Origin: a virus
Taxonomy: Duplodnaviria > Heunggongvirae > Uroviricota > Caudoviricetes
Length of the DNA stretch: 64,000 nt
Direction: 5' to 3' (one strand)
Virus record (IMG/VR): IMGVR_UViG_3300028591_000077
This document shows, in pieces, positions 50,444-61,066 of the stretch; positions within the stretch are counted from its first letter, which is position 1; each line of letters starts with the position of its first letter. Position numbers and translations under genes: made by a program. Below the pieces are notes generated by a model. The model was not told where the DNA came from. It worked only from the letters and a program-made list of their open reading frames with translations, and did not search any database.

Positions 50444-52408
50444 ATGTTTAAATTCAATGAAACAAATACATTTACCGGCTATTTAAAACAGCTACTTACT
50501 TCTTTTAACTTACCAAAGTATAGAGTCTATACTTCTGAACAACGAAAATATCATGAAGACTTTATTAATAACTATCAAAACCATTTAAATAAAATAAAGG
50601 CTTTAGAAGAAGAAACGGCTCTTTTGAGAGAAATAATTAATGATACTAATAATTTGGTCACAGAAGCTGAAAAAACAGCTGCTACGGCCAGATTAGCTGA
50701 AGCACGTAAAGAACTATTAGCTGAGCAAAAAATAACGCCAGAATTAAATGTATTACCGACTATTTACAGAAATGATGCACCTGAGTATAAGGATAGAGGC
50801 AAACAAGTTGATTATCCAAAACGTATGCGCTATATTCCTTACATCAAAGATGGTAAAATACAGGAATACTCACCTCAAATGGAAAACGGTCAAATCGTAG
50901 GCTATTCTCCTGATGACTGGAAAGTTTGTCATGCTGAATTTGGAAAAGACCATGATAAGCTTCATATAGTTGGCGCTGGTCCACTTAAAATTAAAGGCTA
51001 TTATTATGGCATAAAAGACCGTAATTATACAAAAAAATTAAAAATACAAAATAATATTTATGACTCTTATACACATGAGTATCTTGGCGACTATCTAAGA
51101 TTTCAAAGAGATTTTAGAAATATAAATTTAATGCCTCTTTATAATTGTTTCAGTAATAGAGTTTGCCCAAGATTAGACATAAGCTTTAAAATAGATGATT
51201 ATACTGCAAAGTTTAATACAGAAGACAAACATTATAAGATTTATATGGTGCCTATTAAATTATTCAAGCAGTATACTATTGCGATAGATAGCGGCGCAGC
51301 CGTTGAAATGTGCTGCGGCTTATATGGCCAATATCAAGAAGAAGATAGTAAATATTTAAATATCTCAAAAAATACTTACATGTGCTTCAGCAATATGCAA
51401 TTTAGAACGCCAGTCTTATATACAAAAGTAGAAAATCTTAATGAGTTTTTAACTGCAGAAAATGAAACAGAATTAGCACAGCAAGAAGAAAAACTTAAGC
51501 TATTTATTAAATTACCAGCTAACGTTGAATCTTCAATAGTTGTTCTTGAAGGCGACTACACAGCCTATAATGATACAATGATATTAAATAGAATTGATCA
51601 TGATCGCTGTGATACTGCCACGCAGAAAAAGTTTTATGCAGAGCATCCAGAAATGAAAGTATATAGTGCTGCTGTATCAAAATATCTTATAAAGCCATTC
51701 GTTATTAACTCTGAGCGAAGAGATTTAACAGTTGCCCAACAAACAGAATTAACAGCTATTTTGGCTGGCATACCAAATGTATCTTTAGATTATTATACCA
51801 AAGTATTGCATGGAACGTTACCTAGAGAATACTTGTTACCCGATATGCCAGAAGTTACAGCGGATATGTTGACGAAATTATCATTTTATGTAAATGAATT
51901 ATATAAAGTTGGTGGTTTAAATGATAAATTAAAATCTGCTTATGGCAAAAAGAAAATACCAGTTAGACTTACTAACCATACTGTTCTTAGCTTTGACGGC
52001 GACTATGAATTACAATTAAAAAATTTAATTACCCCATTACAATTATTAAGAACAAATACTGGTATTAGCTATCCTTTTGCAGATAGACTAATAGAATATC
52101 TTGTAGGCAATGCAATTACTCCAGCAGATGAAATTTATGATAATATTGAGCGCGCTAAGGTCGTTACAATTCACAATACAAATAAAGCAAGCATAAATTT
52201 AATTAATGATGGGCTTTGGGTTCCTGGTTTACAATTAATATATTATAATTATATTAACGAAAATCATAATGTGAATGACATAAATCATGATATATTAGGC
52301 TTTGTTGATAAAGACGTTGAAAAATATTATGCAGATAAAGCTGCGAATACTATCTCAAGTATAAATATATATGATGGTATTAATGATACGGACAAATGGG
52401 AGGATTAA
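50444..52408 (+). CDS. hypothetical tail/baseplate-region protein
   Basis: 654-aa ORF, AGGAGG RBS. Confidence 0.7.
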   Translation: MFKFNETNTFTGYLKQLLTSFNLPKYRVYTSEQRKYHEDFINNYQNHLNKIKALEEETALLREIINDTNNLVTEAEKTAATARLAEARKELLAEQKITPELNVLPTIYRNDAPEYKDRGKQVDYPKRMRYIPYIKDGKIQEYSPQMENGQIVGYSPDDWKVCHAEFGKDHDKLHIVGAGPLKIKGYYYGIKDRNYTKKLKIQNNIYDSYTHEYLGDYLRFQRDFRNINLMPLYNCFSNRVCPRLDISFKIDDYTAKFNTEDKHYKIYMVPIKLFKQYTIAIDSGAAVEMCCGLYGQYQEEDSKYLNISKNTYMCFSNMQFRTPVLYTKVENLNEFLTAENETELAQQEEKLKLFIKLPANVESSIVVLEGDYTAYNDTMILNRIDHDRCDTATQKKFYAEHPEMKVYSAAVSKYLIKPFVINSERRDLTVAQQTELTAILAGIPNVSLDYYTKVLHGTLPREYLLPDMPEVTADMLTKLSFYVNELYKVGGLNDKLKSAYGKKKIPVRLTNHTVLSFDGDYELQLKNLITPLQLLRTNTGISYPFADRLIEYLVGNAITPADEIYDNIERAKVVTIHNTNKASINLINDGLWVPGLQLIYYNYINENHNVNDINHDILGFVDKDVEKYYADKAANTISSINIYDGINDTDKWED

Positions 52409-52411
52409 TAT

Positions 52412-52996
52412 ATGGCTACTACTCGTGTATTAGATGATAATTATATTTATATTTCTCACCTAGATGAAGGATTTCAATTTTGAAAGCTACCTACTTGACC
52501 TGATGCAATATCAGACCGCATGCAATCAAGCTTCCAACAAACTAATGCCTTAGGCAGAACTGCTCCTGTATATACCTTCAATAATGCTGGTCCAAGAACT
52601 GTTCAAATTTCTATTCCACTACATAGAGACATTATGGATGATATTAATACTGGCATCAGCAACTCTAAGCTTGGTGAAGGTGAAGACTATGTTGATAATT
52701 TACTTAAAGCACTACAAGCTATTGCTTTACCAAAATATAATGTAAAAAATAAACTTGTAGAACCACCACTTTTAGCATTACGTCTTGGTAATGAGATATT
52801 TATTAAAGGTGTATTATCTAGCGATATTGGCCTTGATTTTTCAAAACCAATTCTTTCTAATGGTAAATATGCCCAAGTAAACCTTTCGTTATCTATTTCT
52901 GAGGTAGACCCTTATGACTCAACTACTGTATTTAAAAATGGTGGATTTAGAGGCGTAGTGCAAAGTTTAAAAAAGGGAATGAATATTGAGGACTAG
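52412..52996 (+). CDS. Tail tube initiator-like baseplate protein (TGA 52481, 52496 = Trp)
   Basis: LPTWPDAISD, LGRTAPVYTFNNAGPRTV, ALPKY, PPLLALRLG. Confidence 0.7.
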
Positions 52997-52999
52997 CAT

Positions 53000-53326
53000 A
53001 TGGATGATTTAAAAGATAAAAGATATGCATCATTTGACTATACTTCTAGGTATACAGGTGTGCCTTATTATTATAATAAAAGAGATAATAGGGAAATTTT
53101 TGGATTAAGTAAGAATCTACTTAAAAATACAAATTGGGTTGCACATAAAGTAAAGCCAACAGATACACTAGATTCACTAGCGCTTTCATATTATAATAAC
53201 CCAACATATTGGTGGGTTATTGCTTACTTTAACGATATACAGGATGCATTTATAAAATTGAGTGATAAGTTCTCGATTATTAAAATACCACCAATTAATA
53301 GTATTGAATTTGGAGATATGAGATAA
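53000..53326 (+). CDS. LysM-type baseplate wedge protein (gp53 / P2 gpX-like)
   Basis: HKVKPTDTLDSLALSYYNNPTYWWVIAYFN, IKIP. Confidence 0.85.
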   Translation: MDDLKDKRYASFDYTSRYTGVPYYYNKRDNREIFGLSKNLLKNTNWVAHKVKPTDTLDSLALSYYNNPTYWWVIAYFNDIQDAFIKLSDKFSIIKIPPINSIEFGDMR

Positions 53327-54630
53327 TGGCTTTTAAAGATGAAAGACGTTCTTTGTTAGCATCTGGGGCACGTGTTCAAGTTCCTTGGATTAAAGTAACA
53401 ATTGGTAAATATACGTTTGGTGTTTACAGTCGCACTGAAATTGGAAAACGTGATGACCAAGGTTTTTATTATACTGCCTATAATGTGCAATATCCAAATT
53501 ATGTACAAAGCTTAGACATAACTAAAATAAATGGCCAGGTAAACCAATATACTTTATCTATAAGATATGCTGTAAAGCAAACAGATGACCCAAATTTCTT
53601 TGAAAAAGTATTTTCAAGCGTAAGTAAAACACGTGAAATCATATTTAGCTATGGTGACATGAATATGCCCACATATATCTATAAAGAAGAAAAAGCAATT
53701 ATCACAAAAATTACTTCGAGATTTAATTTACAAGGTGGCGTTATTGAGTATACTGTTAACGCCGTATCTAGCGCTGCATTAAATGGTGCCGATAGCTGAA
53801 CATTTCAAGGTGGCTACGTAAAACCAAGCGATGAAATTAAAAGAATATTTAAGACAAGTAAATATAAACTACAATCACTTTTTACTGGCATGAATAATTC
53901 TAACCTAGATGCCCTTATTGCTGGCGATGATAAGTATGTTAAAGTAGAGCCAAAAAGAAATATTGCTGCATTAGACTATATCACATACTTAGTAAGCTGC
54001 ATGATCCCAATTGGCTTTGTAACAGGCCAAACAGCAAGCAGTGATATCTATGTTTTAACAATGCACGATGATACAACATTTGACGATGAGTTTAAAGACT
54101 CGACTGTCGAAAAGGGGGCATATTTTAAAGTAGAAAGAGTATCCTATAAAACAAATAAATCAGATGCTTACCAAGTAGATATTGGCTTTGGTAACACTGG
54201 CACAATTGTAACTGAATTTTCAGTAGTTGATGATGAAAACTATTCATTGCTATATAATTATAGTAGTGACCTGGACCAAGACCCATATGTAAAAAGAATC
54301 GACAAAGATGGTAATTGGCAAACTATATGAGCTCCTACCGTCACGTCTAAAAATAATTCATTCATAACAAGACCTGCCGATATTACATGGTGGACTGCAG
54401 TAACTAAATATCCAATAAAAGCTACACTTACGGTTCAAGGGTTACTTCGCCCAGCAATATTAATGAGCTACGTGCGCTTAAACGTAATATTCGTAGGTGG
54501 AAGAAAACATATTGCCTCTGGTTTATATTTAGTTACACAACAGCGAGATAGAATAGATGGAAATTCCGGCTATAAAACAACGCTAAGTCTAACAAAAATT
54601 GCTGGTGATGATTCACCGGTATTCGAATAA
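53326..54630 (+). CDS. Baseplate hub protein (gp27/GpD-like) (TGA 53797, 54328 = Trp)
   Basis: Single frame; C-terminal ATLTVQG...SGLYLVTQ..D.I...GYKTTLSL. Confidence 0.75.
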
Positions 54631-54656
54631 GAACGATTAATTCGTTCTTTTTATTT
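54629..54656 (+). terminator. intrinsic terminator
   Basis: AAGAACGA-ttaat-TCGTTCTT plus T tract. Confidence 0.7.
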
Positions 54657-54701
54657 TATTTAATAATAAATATATTTAATAAATTTATTTTTATAATAAT
54701 A

Positions 54702-54716
54702 TGCTAAATTATATGA
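54702..54716 (+). promoter_or_regulatory. phage late promoter motif
   Basis: TGCTAAATTATATGA. Confidence 0.7.
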
Positions 54717-54749
54717 TCTAGAGATTTTATAAAGTTGGAGGTTGCTATA

Positions 54750-55142
54750 GTGAGAAGTATAAAATTCCCAAAAATGTTTAATACAAATAGCACCCGCGTT
54801 TGGAAGTCGTCTGAACACGGAGAAGCCACTAGACAAAATACTAAGCTTCTCTTACACTGTGAGCGTGGAGAATTGATTGGCGACCCATATTTTGGATTAT
54901 TAATTAGACATTATTTCTTTGAACCAAATAATTATATTCTACGTGACCAAATTATTGATATGATTTATACTCAACTCGCAATATTTATTCCACAGGTTCA
55001 CGTTGAAAGAAAAGATATTTCTGTATTCCAAGACAGAGAAAAAGCAAAATTATATTGTAAATTTACCGGAATAAACCAAATAGATTTTTCTCCAAATACA
55101 TACACACTTGTGCTATTTGAAGAAAACGAAGCTAGCAAATAA
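54750..55142 (+). CDS. Baseplate wedge protein, gp25-like
   Basis: LLLHCERGELIGDPYFG..IRHYFFEPN; GTG start after GGAGG. Confidence 0.85.
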   Translation: MRSIKFPKMFNTNSTRVWKSSEHGEATRQNTKLLLHCERGELIGDPYFGLLIRHYFFEPNNYILRDQIIDMIYTQLAIFIPQVHVERKDISVFQDREKAKLYCKFTGINQIDFSPNTYTLVLFEENEASK

Positions 55143-55161
55143 AAGGAGATAGATAGAGCAT

Positions 55162-58100
55162 ATGATTACAGACAAAGAATTAAATGAAGTTTCTTTATCA
55201 CCTACTAAAAAAGACTACTATCAAATTTGAAATGAATTAATTGACTATGCTGCTAAAATTTCAGCAAGATGGTCACCAGAATCAACTAACGAGTCTGACC
55301 CAGGCATCGTTCTTTTAAAAGCACTCGTTGCCATTGCAGATAAACTTAACTATAATATCGATAAGAATACATTAGAAGCTTTTATGCCAAGCGCTACACA
55401 GGCTGAATCAATGAGAAAACTCACAGAAATGATGGGCTACTCTATGAAATATTATCAAGCAGCCACTTGCAAAGTAACTATTACTTACAAAGATTCTAAT
55501 GAAACAACATTAAAAACTTTAGGCAGCATTTACTTCCCAAAATTCGTAAACCTTAAAAATGAAGAGGAAGATAGAAACTTCGTTACTCTTGAAGAATTTA
55601 CATTACAAGAATCCGAGCCAGCCAGAACTGTTGCTGCTATAGAAGGCGAACTTGTCGAATGTGAAACTGACAACGATAATATTATCTCTATGATTCACCT
55701 AGACGATAATAATAGATACATGTTACCTGAGGTAAATATCGCAGAAAATGGTATCTTTGTATTTAATATTAATGATTCTACAGAATCTGAACTTTGGAAA
55801 CAAGTTTCTAATTTAAATGTTCAGCTACCAGGCACACCAGTTTTTAAATTTGGATTTGATTCTGCTGAAAATTTACCTTATTTACAATTTCCAGATGATA
55901 TTAGCCAATTAATACATGATGGCTTACGTATTCGTTATATTAGAACAAATGGCTTAAGTGGTAATATAGCTGCAAGAACTTTAGTAAAACTTGAACCACC
56001 AGCAATTTGGAGCACTGCTGAAGATGAGAATATTAAGGCACTTTCTGCTGATAATTTTTCTGTTATAAATACATCAGCAGCTACTAATGGTGCTGACCCA
56101 GAATCATTAACAGCTGCTTATAATAACTATAAGAAAACAATCGGTACATTTGATACCTTAGTTACTTGCCGTGACTATATGAATAAAATATATCAAATGA
56201 CAGTTAGCGATACTGATACTACTCCACTTGTTTCTAATGTTATAGTATCAGACATAAGAGATGACATTAACCGTTCATCAATTTTATGCTCTTTTAATGA
56301 TTATGGAATCAGCTATACCGACTGTTCATTTGATGGTGTTTTAGGACGTGAAATTGAACACTTTGACTTATTACTTTATCCATTTAAAACAATTTATGGC
56401 TTAAATACAAAAGAAGAATACATTAACTCATTTAAGTGTAATACTGAAAATGAGGCAGAGATATATTATGAGCTAGAAGACAATAAGACTATTGCTCACA
56501 ATTTTGTTCCACCAAAAGATGATGAAATTGCTTGTATTAAAAATTATTTAAGATTAAAGGCAAGAATTACGACCGTTAAAAAAGTAACTTCAACAGAAGA
56601 GGCAGCTATTTTAAGAAATATTTATAAAGCAATTTATAAAAACTTTAATAATAGAAATATTGATTTTGGTGAAGAAATTCCTTATGACACCATATTAGAT
56701 GTGATAGAAACAGCTGATACTAGAATCAAAGATGTTAGCTTAGATGAACCAACTCTTTATACAAAAATTGCTACAGTTGGTGGTGCTGAGCACGAGTTGG
56801 TTACAACTGGTGAAAGAACATCTACCGCACTTACTGACGCCGATAAATATTATAACAAACTTGTGTTACGTAATGTTTTAGCAGGACGTATCGCCGCTTT
56901 CCAATACAATAATAACTTTAAAACCGGCTATGACGAACTTAGCTATGGAACAGGAACTGACCCAGTAGAATCAAAATCAGTCACATATAAAACAAACTAT
57001 CCTGTAGCTGGATCTGACTTATATATTAGCAATATGAGCTCAGAATTTAAGGTTCAAGCATCAAATGTTCCAGCAGGTGGATTGACACTTAAAGAAAATG
57101 AAGTAATTCAATTTAGACTTCCAAACTTTAGAACCATAACTACATATCCTTGTTATGTAAACTATTTTATTAAATTAGATACAGCCAATAAAAGAGGTCA
57201 TGTTGCAATTCCAGCAACATTTATGACATTACGTAGTTTCTTACTCTATGAAGATCAAACTACAAATAAGACTAGATTAGACAATCTTGCTAATAGCACT
57301 ACATTTAGAACAGCCATTTCAAAATTAGAAGGCACTGAAAAAATTACATCAGAATCTCAATATAATACTGCTAAAAATTATTATGGCGCTTTATATACTT
57401 GGGACGGTTCTAGATATGTAAAATCAATGGTTTATGATTCTTCTGCAGAATACTATGCACTAGTTTTTAACTCAAGTTCATTTATTACTGTATTTAGATA
57501 TATCCAAACATTTACTATAAATGATGTTCAGTTACAAGGTATATATAAATCACTTGGCGCAAGTATGGATTACCTTGAAGGCGCTATGGTAGACGTAAAT
57601 CATGTGAAATATCAAAAAGCAGTCAGCTATGGTGGAGGAACATCAAACCCACTTGATATTTATTATGTTCAAGAAACCCACAGCACAAATGAAGAAGACT
57701 ATAAATCCGGTAGATGCACTACTGATGGTTTAGGTGTAAACGCAGATTATCCAACTGTTGGCATTGATTCAGAATATCAATTATCCAGCGGGGAATACTT
57801 ATTAATCAATTATACAGATTCTACAACAGACTCTGCTGGTAATGAGCAAAAAACAGTTATAAATAAATACTATGGTGAAGGCACTATCATTAAGCCTAAC
57901 TTTGCGATAACAGATAGCGAGTTATATCATAAGAACCACACATATTCCAAGAAAGACGGATTTTATTTTGAAGAAAAACCAAAAACCGAAGGAATGTTTA
58001 CATTAGGAACTAATGAACAAATCTGCATCAGAGATATCGTAAAAGTAGAACTTGATGAAGATGGGACAAATTTATATTGGGAATTAAACTCTGATGATCC

Positions 58101-59646
58101 AGATCTTTTGACAAACGAGTTTGTTTTCAATGAGCCAGACTTAGAAGGCAATGCCAATATGGCTTATACATTAAAAGAAGGCGAACATCTATATTATACA
58201 GATAGTAAGAAAAATGATATAGCCTTCTATGGAGCTGGCACATTAGTAATCAGACATGCTAATACTCCAAAGTTAACAAAGAAAACAACGGATGGAACTA
58301 TTTCAGAAGAAGATATTATGACCTATGGGCTTGCAGCCAATATTCCATGGAATGCCTTTAGATTATCTACTCCATATAGTAGCATTACTATCATAGAAAA
58401 TCAATATATATCTTTGACTGAGGGAGATACTTTAAAGTATATTTCGGATGTCAAGGGTGCTGAATCTAAAACAATCAATACATTTGCAGTTGATTTAGAT
58501 AACGACTGGGTAAAAACTACTGCAGCTGTTTACAAATTTGCAGAAGCAGAAACAGAAAGCTATTTGCCAGAAGTAAAAGTCGGCAATATGAATTGGGCAG
58601 TTAGAAGCAGATTAGACTTTAATCTCGGACCAATTACTCCACAAACATTAAATAGTGGAGACAGCATCAAATTAAGCTTCAAATATAGAAGCTCTAACAG
58701 AGACGCACAGACTCTTGTACTAAGACCTTTAATCCATTCCGGAAAAACAGCGGTAACACCTTTAACTATCTATTCAAATTATGTATGTCAATGTGCTTAT
58801 GATTCAGTAGACACCTCTGGCAAGTACTTCCGTGATTTAGGTGTAGATTATGATTTTAAATTAAAATTAGCAACATTGTCTGCCCCGGTTATTCTTGGTG
58901 AAGCCTCTGGTGATACTGGTGGTATATTAGCTTTAGATAACTATGTAAATGGCGATGCTTATTTTACAAAATTTTCATTTGAAAGCTTACCAATAAAAAC
59001 CCCAACAATAAGAACAACCCCTGCATTTACTTTGAATATAAATATTCCAAGTACTGATAAGTGTGGTCTTATTATGATTCACTATAAAGACGATAACGCT
59101 GCCAAAGTAGCAAGCCATGTAAATGCAAAAATTGTTGCTACTGGCGGCAAAATTGGTCCATTCAATAAAGCTGACAGAACTTGGGCAGCTACTTATACAT
59201 TAGTTCCTGGTATACAAGTCATTGAATTAGAAAAAACTGTTAAGACATTAAGTTTTTATTCCGACTACGATTCTACAGGAACAGCTGACGATCCAAAGAC
59301 TGGTAGCCAAAGCACTATAATATTTAGTGATTTAAGTATCGTTACAGATATTAATCCAAAGCTTGACTATAGGTTTGATAGCAATGATGAGACTGGAAAT
59401 ACTACAGGTTATACAAAATTATTAGCAGATATTGCTGCTAGCGGAATTGCTGATAAATTTTATTATAATGCCCCAATTGATAATAGCAATGCTATTGAAT
59501 TAAATACTAATGTAGATGCTGATAAATTATCAAGTCCAGCTGCCTGGTATGATCCTAATAACGTTAATAATAAATTTGTAATTTCTGAAATTGATGCAGA
59601 ATATCTTACTACAGGAATTGTTTTAACCAAAGCATCGAGGATGTAA
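55162..59646 (+). CDS. Large baseplate wedge protein, gp6/baseplate-J-like (TGA 55228 = Trp)
   Basis: KDYYQIW...NESDPGIVLLK...DKLNYNID...EAFMPSATQ, GADPES, LVTCRDY. Confidence 0.85.
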
Positions 59647-59652
59647 AATATT

Positions 59653-60438
59653 ATGATTAGATTACAAGATTCTACTCCATCAATATATTATACAGAGTCA
59701 AGAGACTTCCAATTCATTGGGCGTCTTTATGATATAGTTTTAAATTCCATAAAAACCAATGCGGATAATCTTTATAATATTCCTATTAATGAAAATATGG
59801 ATGAGAAATTATTAAACCTATTATCATTAACACTTGGCTTTCAATCAAAACATCATTACAATTCTAAACAATTAATGGCTTTATGCAGCGTGTTACCAGA
59901 AGTTTTAAAAAGTAAAGGAAGTTTAAAAGCAATCACTACTGCGGTTAATGCTCTTTTACAAGCAGAAGGAATAAAGCAAAGCTTAGATCATACTATTGTT
60001 CCTAAAAAAGAGATAGTATTGTATTTATCACAGTATTTATCTGATCTTAATTTGTTAAAAGATTTATTAACTTATATTTTACCCGCAGGCATTGGCTGCT
60101 CTATGGTAAAAGAATTAAGTGCAAGAACAAATATTACTACTGAGCTTACCACAGAAGATGTTGTTAATGTTTATCAAGATAAAACAGATACTGAACTCGG
60201 TCAGGTCTTACAAATCAGAGATGCTGCTGTCAGAGCAAATATGTTAGACGCTCCACGTGATACATCAGGTATTTTAGTAAATACTACTGTTCAAAGTATG
60301 GGCCTTTCTGAATTACAACCACCAGAAGTATCGCTAAGTGGACATGAGCTCACAATTAACGGGGCAGACGAGGCAGATGCTTTTGAAGTATATGCTGATG
60401 GCAAACTATACAAAACAGTTAAAAACACAAATAATTAA
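59653..60438 (+). CDS. Baseplate protein (P2 gpI / gp7-like)
   Basis: LLNLLSLTLGF, KSKGS..AI, YILPAG. Confidence 0.7.
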   Translation: MIRLQDSTPSIYYTESRDFQFIGRLYDIVLNSIKTNADNLYNIPINENMDEKLLNLLSLTLGFQSKHHYNSKQLMALCSVLPEVLKSKGSLKAITTAVNALLQAEGIKQSLDHTIVPKKEIVLYLSQYLSDLNLLKDLLTYILPAGIGCSMVKELSARTNITTELTTEDVVNVYQDKTDTELGQVLQIRDAAVRANMLDAPRDTSGILVNTTVQSMGLSELQPPEVSLSGHELTINGADEADAFEVYADGKLYKTVKNTNN

Positions 60439-60450
60439 TGGAGGCTCTAT

Positions 60451-61053
60451 ATGGAAGAAAATTTAAAAGAACAAAGAGACGTTAAAAGTTCTTTGGACAG
60501 CTTAAAATATGCCGGGGACATAAAAGTAAGTCTTGTAAAAAATCAAAGAGTATTGTCTACTAAAGTATATCACAATACTGGTTGCAGTAATTTATTTGAA
60601 TTTTTATCAAAATGCTTGTCTGGTTACTGAACTGACGCAAAAGATTTACGCCCTTGCCGAGTCGTTCTATTTAAAATAGGAGAGGGTGAAGAGCTCTTTG
60701 ACAGACAAACACATGAAAAAAAATTTAATCCAGAATATTGGTCAGACACTGAACGTGCATCAACTAAAATATTTTGTGATGGAGCTGTTAAAACTGGTGC
60801 TATTACGGAAAATGGAATAGTGAATGGCTATTATGCAAATTATCATTTTAGAGTGCCATATCTCTGTTTAATTGATGGAGCTGATATTTATAAAATGGCG
60901 CTATATCCTGATGTAACTTCAGACTTAACAAGAGAAATGAGCGCATATTATATTCTTGATGAAGATAGTCCAATTCACGTACCTGTTGGTGGTGGAAACT
61001 TTACAATCATTATTGATTGAACACTAAAAATAACTAACATGGCAAAAAATTAA
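60451..61053 (+). CDS. putative baseplate/fibre-attachment protein (TGA 60628, 61018 = Trp)
   Basis: GGAGG RBS, YHNTG, TIIIDWTLKI; continuous frame under code 4. Confidence 0.65.
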
Positions 61054-61066
61054 GGAGATATAAAAT

